Positions 29,966 to 41,161 of a stretch of DNA of 64,000 nucleotides are shown piece by piece. Position numbers and translations under genes: made by a program. The DNA is taken from assembly GCA_028278265.1 (NCBI GenBank), contig JANQET010000013.1, forward strand, positions 10,681-74,680. The letters run 5' to 3'. This DNA is from Myxococcota bacterium (GTDB taxonomy: Bacteria; Myxococcota_A; Polyangia; JAAYKL01). The notes beneath the pieces were generated by a model. It was given only the letters and a program-made list of their open reading frames with translations. It was not told the origin of the DNA and did not search any database. Each line of letters opens with the position of its first letter. The first letter of the stretch is position 1.

Positions 29966-29968
29966 CGA

Positions 29969-30373
29969 CTACTCTCCTTTGACGCTCGCGCGACATTTCT
30001 CGTGGTCCATCAAGCTGTCCATTTCGGCCAGATTGGTGGCCTTGATTTTGACGAACCAGCCGTCCCCATAACAATCATTGTTGACCAGCTCCGGTTCATC
30101 TTCGAGCCGCTCATTGATCTCGACGATCTCCCCGCTCACCGGCGAATAGCACTCAGAGACCGCTTTGACAGATTCCACGTTGGCAAAGACGCTGTCCTTG
30201 TCGAAGGTTTCTCCCACTTCGGGCATCTCGACAAAAACGATATCGCCCAACTGGTCTTGGGCATAGTCGTCCAGACCCACGATCACGATCTCCCCGTCGA
30301 CGCGCGCCCACTCGTGGGCTTTGGCGTACTTGATGTCAGCTGGCAAATTGAGTTCGTGCGCTTCTTTGGTCAT
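29969..30373 (-). CDS. gcvH: Glycine cleavage system H protein
   Basis: HEWA, YAQDQLGDIVFVE, lipoyl-lysine motif VESVKAVS and PELVN..YGDGW. Confidence 0.97.
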   Translation of the reverse strand: MTKEAHELNLPADIKYAKAHEWARVDGEIVIVGLDDYAQDQLGDIVFVEMPEVGETFDKDSVFANVESVKAVSECYSPVSGEIVEINERLEDEPELVNNDCYGDGWFVKIKATNLAEMDSLMDHEKCRASVKGE

Positions 30374-30419
30374 TTTGGCTCTCCTTTGCAAATAAAAGAA
30401 TCACTTGATTCTCGATTGA

Positions 30420-31694
30420 TCATTTCAAAAAAGTTCTCAACGGCTTTCGGGCCGTGCGGGCCGGCCGGACATTGGTTTCGATAGAGACCTTGAGCTTGCG
30501 CTTCTGGTCCTGCAACGTGACGACATCGCCCGGGGCCAAGCCCTTGTTGACTTTGATGAACCCGCAACACAGGCCCTTGATTTTAACTCCCTCCGGTTTG
30601 TCGGCTGAAGCCAAGCTGTAGATTTTTCCCTCGTGGCGGCCGATAGCCATATCCGTGGCGCAGGTGAGCACGGTGCCGATATCGGTGCCGTCGGCGTCGA
30701 TTACCCGGGCCCCGTGGGCGTCGACCTTGCGCAGGTCATGACCCACGTAGGTCAAGGTGCGCTCGTCCGGTCCGGCGGCCTGCAGCACCTCGGCACCGAG
30801 AAATGATTTGGTGAATCGGCTTCCCGATACATCGAACGGCAGAGCAAAAGGCCAGGGATGATTGGCGTAGGTCCAGTTGCCGATATCCTGATGGGACAAA
30901 GGCAACACCGCGCCGGTGCGCAGAGAATCCCGCGAGGCCAGTCCACAGGCGACTAGACCGAAGGGCTGACCCGCGGCGACGATCGTCTCCCACACGTTGA
31001 CCGCGTGTTTTCGTTGGGTGAAGATCTCGAAGCCCACCTCACCGGTGTAGCCGGAGCGGGAGAGCAGAAACGGCGTTCCATCGAGGAGCTGCACTTGCTC
31101 GGCAGTCGGCGCCCGATCGTCGAAGTGGCCCTTGAAGGAGAAGTAGAGCAACTTCTTGAACACCTGTTCCGGGTTCTTGAGCACGGCCTGCATCGTCTTC
31201 ACCGCGGCCGGCCCCTGGATGTCTATTTTGCCCAGTTGGTCGGTCAGATCGGTGATCTCGGCCTGACGGCCGCCCAGATTGGAATTGAGATGTGCGGCAA
31301 TCACCCCGCCCATGCCGGCGTTGACCACGATGATGTAATCGGTGTCGTTGACCTGGTAGACGATGCCGTCGTCGATGGCGTGGCCCTGCTCGCTGAGAAA
31401 CGCGCCATACACACACCTGCCCGGTTTGATCGGTTTGTTGTCCTTGCCGATACAGGCATCGAGATCCCGGGTGAAGCAGAATTGGATCAGCTCGTAGGCG
31501 CCCGGCCCGTCGACCAACACCGCGGCCATGTGACTGGTGTCGAACAGCCCGGCGTCGGTGATCACCGATAGATGCTCCTTCTTGGTTCCCGATGCATACC
31601 AGAGGGGCATGATGTAATCGCCGAATTCGACCATGTTGCCGCCGTGTTCCTGGTGCCAATCAAATAAGGGGGTCTTTTTCTTTGCCGTGCTCAT
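30420..31694 (-). CDS. gcvT: Aminomethyltransferase (glycine cleavage T protein)
   Basis: KTPLFDWH, GLFDTSHM, IDD, IQGP, SRSGYTGE.GFEI and GLASRDSLR motifs. Confidence 0.95.
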   Translation of the reverse strand: MSTAKKKTPLFDWHQEHGGNMVEFGDYIMPLWYASGTKKEHLSVITDAGLFDTSHMAAVLVDGPGAYELIQFCFTRDLDACIGKDNKPIKPGRCVYGAFLSEQGHAIDDGIVYQVNDTDYIIVVNAGMGGVIAAHLNSNLGGRQAEITDLTDQLGKIDIQGPAAVKTMQAVLKNPEQVFKKLLYFSFKGHFDDRAPTAEQVQLLDGTPFLLSRSGYTGEVGFEIFTQRKHAVNVWETIVAAGQPFGLVACGLASRDSLRTGAVLPLSHQDIGNWTYANHPWPFALPFDVSGSRFTKSFLGAEVLQAAGPDERTLTYVGHDLRKVDAHGARVIDADGTDIGTVLTCATDMAIGRHEGKIYSLASADKPEGVKIKGLCCGFIKVNKGLAPGDVVTLQDQKRKLKVSIETNVRPARTARKPLRTFLK

Positions 31695-31763
31695 CTCGCC
31701 TTCCTTTGCTCGCTAGTTTTCAAACCCAAAATTTCGGCCGGGCGTACAAAGCCCTGTCCTCTC

Positions 31764-32207
31764 TCACAGGATGTACGGCACCCTGAAGTTGTATCCCTTG
31801 TAAACCACGAATGTCTCGACCGAGCGGATATCGGCCACGCGATTCATCTCTTCGGTGTAGAAGTCCAGCAGTGTGTAATCGTTGTTGAGCAGCACAGTGA
31901 CCAACAAATCGTAGCGCCCGGTGACCACCTGAACCGAAACCACCCCGCCCAGCTTGCTCAACTCCTCCCCTTTCTTGACGAGGTCCATCGACTGCAAGTT
32001 GACGCCGATGATCGCCACCATGTGCCCGGGGAGGGCCTCCGCGTCGACCACACCGGCGATTTCGAGCACCCCTTCCTCAATCAGTTTGGTCACCCGGGTA
32101 CGGATGGTGTTCTCGGACAGGGAGAGGTCGCGAGCGATTTGCTTGAACGATTTCCTGCCGTTTTTGAGGTGTTTGATGATCTCGATGCTCGTGGTGTCGA
32201 TCTTCAT
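31764..32207 (-). CDS. Lrp/AsnC family transcriptional regulator
   Basis: MKID..II..L..GRKSFKQIARDLSLSENTIRTRV HTH and VTGRYDLL RAM domain; directly upstream of gcvT. Confidence 0.92.
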   Translation of the reverse strand: MKIDTTSIEIIKHLKNGRKSFKQIARDLSLSENTIRTRVTKLIEEGVLEIAGVVDAEALPGHMVAIIGVNLQSMDLVKKGEELSKLGGVVSVQVVTGRYDLLVTVLLNNDYTLLDFYTEEMNRVADIRSVETFVVYKGYNFRVPYIL

Positions 32208-32474
32208 CGATTGCGCGATCCGGTTATCGTCATTTGTATTCCTTATAAATAGGGATACAGTTGGCTGACCGATAGCCATAACTTGACCTACCAAAATTGA
32301 GGATTTTGTCAATAATCGCTTTTGTAATTTATGTTTTCGGTAATTGACAGGCCCGTATTGTGAAAAAAGTAAAATTATTGCCCAATCTCTGGATAAAGCT
32401 AGCAGATAGACGGCGGATCGGCCCACCCAGGTACAAAAACGTACCGGCGTTCGGTTATTCCCTAACCGGATCGT

Positions 32475-33365
32475 CTATCGGATAGAAGGGGATTTGTTGT
32501 GCTGTCGAGCAAACGCTTCGGCCGCTCGATACGAGGTGCGCACCATCGGTCCGGCGGCGACGAAACCGAATCCCAGCGCCCTGCCCCGCTCGGCCAGCTC
32601 GTCGAATCGTTGAGGAGATACGTACTCGACAACGTCGGCGTGATCCTTGGTCGGTCGGAGGTATTGACCGAGCACCAGGATATCCGTGCCCACCCGGCGG
32701 AGATCGGCCATCGAAGCCTCGATCTCAGCCTCGCTTTCACCGAGGCCGAGCATAATGGAGGACTTGGTCAGCAGCGCGGGATTGAGCGCCTTGGTCTGCT
32801 GCAACACCTTGAGCGACCGGCGGTACGAGAACCGCGGGTGTCTGAAAACCGGCGTGAGCCGTTCGACGACCTCGATATTGTGGGCCAGTACGTCGGGACT
32901 GGCGTCAATCACCGTGCGCAGAGCCGCACCGCGTAAGTCCGGGATCAGCAACTCCACCTGGGGGGCCGGATCGAGGCGCTTGATCGCACGGACTGTTTGG
33001 GCGAACACCGCCGCCCCGCCGTCTTCGAGGTCATCGCGGGTCACCGAGGTGATCACCACGTAATCGAGGCCCATCTCTTCTGCGACATGAGCCACTCGTG
33101 CCGCCTCGTCGCTATCCGCCCTACCGCCAGGATCCCCGCGGCCCACTGCGCAAAAGCGGCATCCCCGGGTGCAGGTGTCCCCGAGAATCATAAACGTCGC
33201 CGTGCCTTGCTCCCAGCATTCACCCACATTGGGGCAGTGCGCTTCCCTGCAGACGGTGTGCAACCGGCCTTGGATCAGGGCGCGGTTGACCCGTTCATAT
33301 CGTGCACCCGATGGAATCTTCATTTTGATCCATTTGGGCTTGCGCAACGGGGTTTTCTGTGTCAA
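32475..33365 (-). CDS. lipA: Lipoyl synthase
   Basis: KPKW, CREAHCPNVGECW, CTRGCRFC radical-SAM motif and VRTSY. Confidence 0.97.
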   Translation of the reverse strand: MTQKTPLRKPKWIKMKIPSGARYERVNRALIQGRLHTVCREAHCPNVGECWEQGTATFMILGDTCTRGCRFCAVGRGDPGGRADSDEAARVAHVAEEMGLDYVVITSVTRDDLEDGGAAVFAQTVRAIKRLDPAPQVELLIPDLRGAALRTVIDASPDVLAHNIEVVERLTPVFRHPRFSYRRSLKVLQQTKALNPALLTKSSIMLGLGESEAEIEASMADLRRVGTDILVLGQYLRPTKDHADVVEYVSPQRFDELAERGRALGFGFVAAGPMVRTSYRAAEAFARQHNKSPSIR

Positions 33366-33550
33366 GTGTCACCTCGTTCCTCAACCGACGATATAAATCC
33401 CCCGTCGCGTCGGTCAAGGAAAAGCGCATTAACCGGCCAGAATTATTTTATATTTGAAATTTTGGCTTTTATGGATTAGGTTTTGTGATTCGTGGTGTTG
33501 AGGTTGAATGGGGGCTATGGTATCTAGCCCTCGACACTTCGGGATGTACA

Positions 33551-33586
33551 GGAGGTGGACCCAAGGTCGGGCCCGCCTTTTTTTTA
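33551..33586 (+). promoter_or_regulatory. rimP leader attenuator hairpin with U-tract
   Basis: AGGTGGACCC-aaggtc-GGGCCCGCCT followed by a T run, just before the rimP ATG. Position and shape match the conserved rimP-nusA-infB leader. Confidence 0.7.
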
Positions 33587-33595
33587 GGGTGAAAC

Positions 33596-34099
33596 ATGCA
33601 GATCCCGGCAAAAATCGAGCAGGTCGTCACACCGATTCTCAAGCGGCATGGGTGCGATCTGGTGCTGGGGACGTTTCGCCGAGAACGGGCCGGCTGGGTG
33701 CTCCGGCTGCTCATCGAACGTCACGGCGCCGACCCGAATAGCGGTAGCGGTGTGGATCACCGTCTCTGTATGTCCATCAGCCGCGAGGTGGGAACAACCC
33801 TAGAAGTCGAAGAGACCATCGCACAGTCGTACACCCTCGAAGTCTCCTCCCCGGGCATCGAACGCCCGTTGGTCCGCCCTGAGGACTTCAAGCGATTCAC
33901 CGGTCGAAGAGTCTCGGCCAAAGTACGACAATCCATCAATGGGCAACGCCGATTCAAAGGCACGTTGGGTGGGATCACCGACGGAGAGATTTTGTTGGAC
34001 TTGGGGGAGGGAAAAACGGTGAATATCCCAGTCGAAACGATTGAAAAGGCCAACCTCGTTTACGATCCGCGAGCTGACTTGGCCGCTACGGGAGATTGA
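33596..34099 (+). CDS. rimP: Ribosome maturation factor RimP
   Basis: [14 protein letters not shown] and KANL motifs; first gene of the nusA-infB operon. Confidence 0.96.
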   Translation: MQIPAKIEQVVTPILKRHGCDLVLGTFRRERAGWVLRLLIERHGADPNSGSGVDHRLCMSISREVGTTLEVEETIAQSYTLEVSSPGIERPLVRPEDFKRFTGRRVSAKVRQSINGQRRFKGTLGGITDGEILLDLGEGKTVNIPVETIEKANLVYDPRADLAATGD

Positions 34100-34101
34100 C
34101 G

Positions 34102-35883
34102 ATGTCATCAGATGAGGCGCTACCGCTAAACATGATTTTGGATCAGGTCAGCCGCGACAAAGGGATCGAGAAGGCTGTGCTCATCGAAGCGATTGAGGCT
34201 TCGATTTTGACGGCGGCCAAGCGCGCCTTCGGTCAGAGCCGCGATCTCGAAGCGCGGTTCAATGAATCGACCGGTGCGATCGACCTGTTTCAGTACATGA
34301 CCGTGGTCGAAGAGGTCGACTCCAGTGAACGCGAGATCGATGTGGAGACCCTCCACAAACTCAAGCTAAAAGCGAACATCGGCGAAGAGCTGGGATTTCA
34401 GATTTTTTACCGCGACGAAGACGAGAAAGCCGCCAAGAAACAGGACAAGGATTTCGGTGACATTCTCGAACTGAGAACCCACGGCCGCGGATTCGGCCGC
34501 ATCGCCGCCCAGACCGCCAAACAGGTGATCATCCAGCGCGTGCGGGACGCCGAGCGGGAAAACATCTACAACGAATACAAAGACCGCAAGGGCGAAGTGA
34601 TCGCCGGTATCGTCCGTCGATTCGAGAGGAATAATGACATCATCGTTGATCTGGGGCGCGCCGAGGGAGTGATTCCCTCTCGGGAACAGGCCCCGCGGGA
34701 GTCCTACCGTCCCGGCGACCGGGTGATGGCCTATGTGAAGGATATCGATCGCGAAGCCCGCGGCCCACAGATCATCCTCTCTCGAACAGATGTGGGGCTG
34801 TTGCGGAAATTGTTCGAAATGGAGGTGCCCGAGATTTACGAGGGCATCGTCAATATCGTCGAAGCGGCCCGCGAACCGGGCGCCCGGTCAAAGATCGCCG
34901 TGACCTCCCGGGATCTCGATGTCGATCCCGTGGGGGCCTGCGTGGGAATGCGCGGTTCTCGCGTACAGGCGGTGGTGCAGGAGCTCCGCGGTGAGAAGAT
35001 AGACATCGTTCCCTGGGATCGGGATCCGGCGCGATTCGTCTGCAACGCGATTCAACCGGCCGAGGTATCCCGGGTGATCATCGACGACGCGAACGGCTCG
35101 ATGGAACTGGTCGTCCCGGATGACAAGCTCTCCTTGGCGATCGGTCGGCGGGGACAAAACGTGCGTCTGGCCTCGATGATCACCGGCTGGAAACTCGACG
35201 TGATCAGCGAGACCAAGTTCCACGAGCACGAACAGAACGCCATTTCGTCGTTGGCGATGATCAAGAATGTCGACGATGCGATGGCCCGCTCGATGTACAA
35301 GTTGGGGTTCAGAACGGTGGAAGAAGTGGCCGAGGCCGATCCCTCCGAAATAGCGGGTATTCCCGGAATCGGCGGGCTCGAAGCAGTGGCCGATATCCAA
35401 GCCGGGGCAGAGGATACCTTAGAAGAGCTGCGCCAGGCGAGAATTCGCGAATTGGCAGTTCGCGCCGAGCCGATCACCGAGCGGGAGCGATTGCTGTCGG
35501 TCCACGGCGTCGGTGAGCGCACGATCGAGCTGCTGGCCGAGGCGGGCTACCACACCGTGGCGGATTTGGCCCAAGAAGAAGACGAAGATCGGTTGGCGAT
35601 CAAGACCGGCCTGGGTCTGCGCAAAGCGCGGCAGATCATTCAGGGAACCCACCAATTTTTAGATACCGAGGAACAGACGCTGGCCTCGATTCGGCAAAAC
35701 ATGCAATCGCAGGACAGTGATCCGGCGATCGACGCTAATGACGAGACTGCGGTTGAAGCGGAAAACGCTCCGCAAGAAGGGGAAGACCAATCCCCGGCGT
35801 CCGATGAGGAGCCGTCGGAGGCCCCCGCGACTGCCGCAGACGACGCGGAACAATCGACAGACGAAGCGGCAGGAGACAATTAA
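34102..35883 (+). CDS. nusA: Transcription factor NusA (long form with C-terminal HhH domains and acidic tail)
   Basis: [41 protein letters not shown] and [14 protein letters not shown] motifs. Confidence 0.98.
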   Translation: MSSDEALPLNMILDQVSRDKGIEKAVLIEAIEASILTAAKRAFGQSRDLEARFNESTGAIDLFQYMTVVEEVDSSEREIDVETLHKLKLKANIGEELGFQIFYRDEDEKAAKKQDKDFGDILELRTHGRGFGRIAAQTAKQVIIQRVRDAERENIYNEYKDRKGEVIAGIVRRFERNNDIIVDLGRAEGVIPSREQAPRESYRPGDRVMAYVKDIDREARGPQIILSRTDVGLLRKLFEMEVPEIYEGIVNIVEAAREPGARSKIAVTSRDLDVDPVGACVGMRGSRVQAVVQELRGEKIDIVPWDRDPARFVCNAIQPAEVSRVIIDDANGSMELVVPDDKLSLAIGRRGQNVRLASMITGWKLDVISETKFHEHEQNAISSLAMIKNVDDAMARSMYKLGFRTVEEVAEADPSEIAGIPGIGGLEAVADIQAGAEDTLEELRQARIRELAVRAEPITERERLLSVHGVGERTIELLAEAGYHTVADLAQEEDEDRLAIKTGLGLRKARQIIQGTHQFLDTEEQTLASIRQNMQSQDSDPAIDANDETAVEAENAPQEGEDQSPASDEEPSEAPATAADDAEQSTDEAAGDN

Positions 35884-35888
35884 CGGCC

Positions 35889-36494
35889 ATGCAACAATCC
35901 GCCCCCCGTGCAGCGCGATCCGAGCGGAGCACCAAGCTCATGCGCAAGTGTGTGGCTTGTGGCCAACACTCCCCTCGGGAGGAGTTGATCCGCATGGTTC
36001 GAACTCCGGCCGGCTCAATTGTCGCTGACTGGCGTCGAAACCTGAGCGGACGCGGAGCGCATGTGTGTTCCAAACGACCGTGCATCGAGCGCGCGGTGGA
36101 TCGGCGGATGTTCAATCGGGCCCTGCGAGACGGGCTGCAGTATCCCCCAAAAGAACAGCTGCTCGATTCGATGCGCACGGCGCTTGAGCGGCAGTGGGCG
36201 ACGATCGTTCGGTCGGGGCTCGCTGCGAAATTGATCGAACCGGGGGTGCAATTTGCAATGCAAGCGATCCACCACGGCAAAGCGCGTTATCTCGTCGTGG
36301 CTCAGGACTCGACCAGCCTGACGCGAATTACAACGTTGGCTGCCGATCGGGATATACCGGTGGGTGTCGTTGATAGCAAGGATCGACTCGGCGCGATTGC
36401 CGGAAGGACGACAACAGGGGTGTTGACCGTCCTCAGCGATCAGTTGGCAAAGAGGCTTTTACGTGCCCATATCCGAATGAACGATTTGGACTGA
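35889..36494 (+). CDS. YlxR (DUF448) domain fused to L7Ae/YlxQ-like domain
   Basis: RKCVACG...ELIRMV...GRGAHVC...C in the N-terminal half; VVAQD...KDRLGAIAGR L7Ae-like C-terminal half; lies between nusA and infB. Confidence 0.85.
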   Translation: MQQSAPRAARSERSTKLMRKCVACGQHSPREELIRMVRTPAGSIVADWRRNLSGRGAHVCSKRPCIERAVDRRMFNRALRDGLQYPPKEQLLDSMRTALERQWATIVRSGLAAKLIEPGVQFAMQAIHHGKARYLVVAQDSTSLTRITTLAADRDIPVGVVDSKDRLGAIAGRTTTGVLTVLSDQLAKRLLRAHIRMNDLD

Positions 36495-36560
36495 GGGCAT
36501 TGAGTTAGAAGAAAAATGACAGAAATCGCGAGTGTTCAGTTAACGCGACCCGGAGGAACG

Positions 36561-39404
36561 ATGGCGCAGAAAATTCGGGTGTTTAAGCTGGCTCAAGAAT
36601 TTGGCATCGAGAACGAAGTACTCGTCGATAAAATTAGGTACTTGGATATCGATGTGCGCAATTACATGAGCGCATTGAGTGCGGAAGAAGCGCAAAAGGT
36701 ACGGCGGATTTTGCAGAGCGAACGGGAGGAGAACACCGTGGAGGAGCAGATCGCTCCGACGGTTGTTCGTCGCCGCATGCGGGATGGCGCCCCGACCAAG
36801 CCGATGCGCAAACGACCGCCCAAGGCCGAGCTCGCCGAGGTGCGCGAGAGGCCGATCGCCAAACCGAAGAAAGCCAAGGCAGCCAAGGCTGCTGCGCCGA
36901 CCCCGAGCCCAGCGGCACCAAAAGCCAAGCCGGCGGCCGCGCGACCCAAGGCTGTTCCTGCGGCGCCACCGGAGGTTGCCGCCACGCCGCCAGCGGAGGT
37001 CGAGGTCCCGACAGCAAAAGTCGAAGAAGCCGCGCCAGCTGCGCCCGCGAAACCATCCCCAGCGGCTACACAGGCTACACCGACTCCGGCACCTGAGCCG
37101 GCGGCCGAAGAGGTCGCCGCAGTGCCTGAGAAACCGGTCAAACAAAAAGTCAGCAAAGCAAAACCGGCAGAGCCTGAGGAGGCTCCGGTGGTCGAAGAAA
37201 AGCAGGCAGCTGCCGCCAAGGACAAAAAAGCGATCAAGATCGAGACGGCCACCGGACCGGTCGTGCTGCGTCCCTCGTCGGAAGCGCCGATTGTCAAACG
37301 CCGTGTTATTACCCGTCCCAATGAACGCCCCCGGGCGCCGGCGGCTCAGCGAGGCGGAGGGGCAGGCCATCGGGCCAACGCTTCTTCGTCGCAGGCCCCT
37401 CCGGCAATGGACGACCCGCAAAAACTGATTCCGCTGCCCCCCTCGACCGGCAGACGGGGCAAGGCGCCCCAGCGCCGGCGAGAGATCGAAAGCCGGGACA
37501 TCGCACCCTCCGGCCGTTTCACCGGTGTCGGTCCTGCGCGGGGCAAATTCGGCGGTCCGAACACGCCGGGGCGCAAACGCCGGATGGCGCCGGGCAAGAA
37601 GGGCAAAAAGACCGAGATCACGACGCCCAAAGCCTCGAAGCGGGTCATCCGCATCGAAGAGCAGATCAGCCTGCAGGATTTGGCCCGCCGGATGGGGGTC
37701 AAGGCCACCGAGCTGCTGATGCAACTGATCGGTCTCGGCGTCGGCGGAGTGAACATCAACTCCACCCTCGATATCGACACCGCCCGGATCGTGGCTTCCG
37801 AATTCGACTACGAAGTCGAGAACGTCGCTGTGGCCGAAGACGACTTGCTCTCGTCGACCCGCGGGCAGGAAACGGACGAAGAAAAGAAAGACCGCTCGTC
37901 CCGGGCGCCGATCATCACCATGATGGGGCATGTCGATCACGGCAAGACATCGCTCCTCGACGCCATTCGCAAGGCCGATGTGGCCTCTGGCGAAGCCGGC
38001 GGCATTACCCAGCACATCGGCGCGTATCGCGTCAAGACCAAGACTGGAGTGTACGGCTTCATCGACACCCCGGGCCACGAAGCATTCACCGCGATGCGAG
38101 CTCGTGGGGCGAACGTGACCGATATTGTCGTGCTGGTCGTGGCCGCGGACGACGGGGTGATGCCCCAAACGATCGAAGCGATCAACCACGCTCGCGCGGC
38201 CGAAGTGCCGATCGTCGTGGCGATCAACAAGAGCGATCTACCGGGTGCGGATCCGGATCGAACCCGCCGCATGCTGATGGAGCACAACCTGGTTCCCGAG
38301 GATCTCGGCGGCGATGTGATCATGTGCGAGGTCTCCGCCAAAACGGGCAAGGGAATAGACAAGTTGCTCGAGATGCTCTCCCTACAAGGGGAGATGCTCG
38401 AAGTCGACGCCAACCCCAAAAAGAGCAGTCACGGCGTGGTCCTCGAGGCGTACCTCGACAAGGGCCGCGGGCCGGTGGCCCACATTCTGGTACAGGACGG
38501 CACCTTGAAGCTCGGCGATGCCCTGGTTGCCGGGACCGCTTATGGTAAAATCCGTGCGATCACCGATGACCGGGGTAACAAACTCAAAGAGGCCGGTCCT
38601 TCCACCCCGGTGGAGGTTCTCGGTCTCTCTCTGGTACCCCGGGCAGGGGATCCGTTCGACGTGGTCGCGGACATGAAGCTCGCCGAGAAGGTCGGTTCGT
38701 CGCGCACCGACAAACAAAAGGCCGTCTCAGGCGGCGTCACCCGGCCATCCCTCGAGACCCTCTATGAACAGATGCAGGGCAACGAGCAGGTCGAGTTGAA
38801 AGTGATCATCAAGGCAGACGTCCAAGGCTCTGTCGAGGCACTGACCGACGCCGTCCAGAAGCTTGGTACCGAAAAGGTCAAAGTGACGTTGATCCACGCC
38901 TCGGCCGGCGGAATTACCGAATCCGACGTGCTGCTCGCCTCCACCTCGGGTGCGATCGTGATCGGATTCAATGTACGACCGGCGGGCAAGGCCAAGAACA
39001 TGGCCTCCGAACAGGACGTGGAGATTCGTCTGTTCTCGGTTATCTACGAAGTCATCGATGAAATGAAAAAGGCGATGGTGGGGCTGCTCGGACCGACGAC
39101 CACCGAGGAAGTGCTCGGTCAGGTGGAGGTGCGCGACACCTTCAGCATTCCCAAGATCGGCACGGTTGCCGGTTCCTATGTCACCGAAGGCAAGGTCATC
39201 CGCAACGCCCGCGCCCGCCTGATTCGCGATTCGGTTCAAATATGGGAGGGACGCGTCGGGTCGCTTCGTCGCTTCAAGGACGATGTCAAAGAGGTCCAGA
39301 ACGGCTTTGAGTGCGGCATCAGTCTCGACGGTTACAATGACATCAAGATCAAGGATGTCATCGAAATCTACATGGAGAAAGAGGTCGAGGCGACCCTTTC
39401 CTAA
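36561..39404 (+). CDS. infB: Translation initiation factor IF-2
   Basis: [32 protein letters not shown] and GFECGI motifs; GGAGG RBS before ATG 36561. Confidence 0.98.
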   Translation: MAQKIRVFKLAQEFGIENEVLVDKIRYLDIDVRNYMSALSAEEAQKVRRILQSEREENTVEEQIAPTVVRRRMRDGAPTKPMRKRPPKAELAEVRERPIAKPKKAKAAKAAAPTPSPAAPKAKPAAARPKAVPAAPPEVAATPPAEVEVPTAKVEEAAPAAPAKPSPAATQATPTPAPEPAAEEVAAVPEKPVKQKVSKAKPAEPEEAPVVEEKQAAAAKDKKAIKIETATGPVVLRPSSEAPIVKRRVITRPNERPRAPAAQRGGGAGHRANASSSQAPPAMDDPQKLIPLPPSTGRRGKAPQRRREIESRDIAPSGRFTGVGPARGKFGGPNTPGRKRRMAPGKKGKKTEITTPKASKRVIRIEEQISLQDLARRMGVKATELLMQLIGLGVGGVNINSTLDIDTARIVASEFDYEVENVAVAEDDLLSSTRGQETDEEKKDRSSRAPIITMMGHVDHGKTSLLDAIRKADVASGEAGGITQHIGAYRVKTKTGVYGFIDTPGHEAFTAMRARGANVTDIVVLVVAADDGVMPQTIEAINHARAAEVPIVVAINKSDLPGADPDRTRRMLMEHNLVPEDLGGDVIMCEVSAKTGKGIDKLLEMLSLQGEMLEVDANPKKSSHGVVLEAYLDKGRGPVAHILVQDGTLKLGDALVAGTAYGKIRAITDDRGNKLKEAGPSTPVEVLGLSLVPRAGDPFDVVADMKLAEKVGSSRTDKQKAVSGGVTRPSLETLYEQMQGNEQVELKVIIKADVQGSVEALTDAVQKLGTEKVKVTLIHASAGGITESDVLLASTSGAIVIGFNVRPAGKAKNMASEQDVEIRLFSVIYEVIDEMKKAMVGLLGPTTTEEVLGQVEVRDTFSIPKIGTVAGSYVTEGKVIRNARARLIRDSVQIWEGRVGSLRRFKDDVKEVQNGFECGISLDGYNDIKIKDVIEIYMEKEVEATLS

Positions 39405-39417
39405 CTGGGGATTTCGC

Positions 39418-39759
39418 ATGATCGTCGGTGTCATCCGGTTGTCGCTCCACCTGCACGACAACCGATCACTCAAGGGGAAGCGAAAGATCGTGCGCTCGCT
39501 GATCGACCGGACACGAGCCAAGTTCAACGCAGCGGTGGCTGAAGTGGGATCGAACGACAATCTAAAGCAGATTGTGATCGGGGTGACCGTCGTGGGCAAC
39601 GATTCGTCCCATGTGGATTCAATGCTGGGCAGTATTTGTCAGTTCGTCGACCACCTCAACCTCGCACCGGTGGTCGGGCAGAACACGGAGCTGATCCCGC
39701 TCGGCGATCAAATCGGCGCCTACGGCGACTTTCCCGCGAGTTACGAATTCGATCGCTAA
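39418..39759 (+). CDS. DUF503 (YlxP-like) protein
   Basis: MIVG..L.L....SLKGKRKIV.SL......FN..VAEV pattern; canonical position after infB. Confidence 0.9.
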   Translation: MIVGVIRLSLHLHDNRSLKGKRKIVRSLIDRTRAKFNAAVAEVGSNDNLKQIVIGVTVVGNDSSHVDSMLGSICQFVDHLNLAPVVGQNTELIPLGDQIGAYGDFPASYEFDR

Positions 39760-39771
39760 GGAGAACGAGAA

Positions 39772-41148
39772 GTGGCCAACTCAACGGGAAATAGACGGCT
39801 GGCCCGGGTGTCGGAAACCATCCGCTCGGAACTGGCTCGCCTGCTGCTCACCGGGGTCAACGATCCCCAACTGTACTGGGTGACCATCACCGAGGTGGAC
39901 ACCTCGCCCGATCTCCAGCACGCCCGCGTCTACTTCGTAGCGACCGGTGTTGCCGATCAGCAACCCGTGCTCAAACGGCTCAACAAAGCGGCGCCATTTC
40001 TTCAGCGGGAGCTGGGACAGACCCTCAAACTGCGCCAAACGCCAAAGCTCAAATTCGTTCACGACGACAGCTTTGAGAAAAGCGCGCGAATTGACCAACT
40101 GCTCGGCGAGATCAAGGATGAGGATATCATGCGCAAAACGAGTGAATCTCCGGTGGCCGAGATAGGCCGTCTGGTCGCCGAGGCACAGTCAATTCTCGTG
40201 GCGACCCACCGCAATCCGGACGGCGATGCCATTGGCTCGCTGCTGGGCATGTCAGCCATTTTGTCATTGCTGGGCAAGGACCACGTGACGTTTTGTCCCG
40301 ATGAGATTCCCCATGTGCTGACCTATCTACCCGGCCTGGACCAGCTGGTCAAAACCCTCGATCCCGAGGATCGTTTCGACATGACCATCCTGCTCGACAC
40401 GGCCGATGTGGGACTCTTGCCGGCGGGATTTCCCGAAGAAGCAGAGCAGCGCGGCACCTTCGTGGTGATCGACCATCACATGCGCCACGGGGAGATGGGC
40501 GACGTGGTGCTCCGGCGAGAATCCTCATCGGTGGGTCAGATGCTCTTCGAGTTGTCTCGGGAGTTGGTGTGGCCGATTGACGAGACCGTCGCCGAGTGTT
40601 TGTACACCTCGGTCGTGGCGGACACGGGCTCGTTCCGCTACGCCAGCACGACACCGGATACCCATCGGGTCGCCGCCGAATTGATCGCCGCCGGGGCGCA
40701 ACCGTGGAAGGTGGCCTCGGCCTTGTTCGAGTCATACCCGCTGGCCCGGCAGAAGATTATGGGGGAAGTGGCGACCACCCTCGAGCTCTCCGAGGACGGT
40801 CGATTCGCCTGTCTGCACAGCACCCCGCAGATGTTGGAAAAGAACAACGCGACCAAGGCCGATCTCGACGGGTTGATCAATTTGGGCCGTTCAGTGGAAG
40901 GGGTGGAAATAGCGGCGATGCTCCGCCTCGAACTGTCGGGGAATATCAAGGTCAGCTTTCGATCCCGGGGCCGCATCGACGTCAGTCTGATGGCCAGCCA
41001 ATTCGGCGGCGGCGGACACATCAACGCAGCGGGATGCACATTGAAAGACGTCGACTTGGCCGAAGGAAAACAGCTGATCACCGAGGCTGCCCGCCAGACA
41101 CTCGTTGATTATGATCAGTCCAAGGCCGCAGATGGCGGCGCCGCCTAA
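39772..41148 (+). CDS. rbfA: Fusion of ribosome-binding factor A and DHH/DHHA1 nanoRNase/pAp phosphatase (NrnA-like)
   Basis: aa 1-118 are RbfA (VTITEVDTSPDLQHARVYF, LRQTPKLKFVHDDS). They continue in frame into THRNPDGDAIGS, IDHH, DTGSFRY, KVSFRS and GGGGHINAAG. Confidence 0.9.
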   Translation: MANSTGNRRLARVSETIRSELARLLLTGVNDPQLYWVTITEVDTSPDLQHARVYFVATGVADQQPVLKRLNKAAPFLQRELGQTLKLRQTPKLKFVHDDSFEKSARIDQLLGEIKDEDIMRKTSESPVAEIGRLVAEAQSILVATHRNPDGDAIGSLLGMSAILSLLGKDHVTFCPDEIPHVLTYLPGLDQLVKTLDPEDRFDMTILLDTADVGLLPAGFPEEAEQRGTFVVIDHHMRHGEMGDVVLRRESSSVGQMLFELSRELVWPIDETVAECLYTSVVADTGSFRYASTTPDTHRVAAELIAAGAQPWKVASALFESYPLARQKIMGEVATTLELSEDGRFACLHSTPQMLEKNNATKADLDGLINLGRSVEGVEIAAMLRLELSGNIKVSFRSRGRIDVSLMASQFGGGGHINAAGCTLKDVDLAEGKQLITEAARQTLVDYDQSKAADGGAA

Positions 41149-41161
41149 CCGGCACTGAGCA

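Noticed and set aside
31695-31763. Possible glycine riboswitch upstream of gcvT
   Set aside because: Only 69 bp with no aptamer-like motif; the adjacent Lrp regulator explains control.
35889-36494. YlxR-L7Ae fusion as a novelty
   Set aside because: This fusion is familiar in nusA-infB operons of deltaproteobacteria and related groups.
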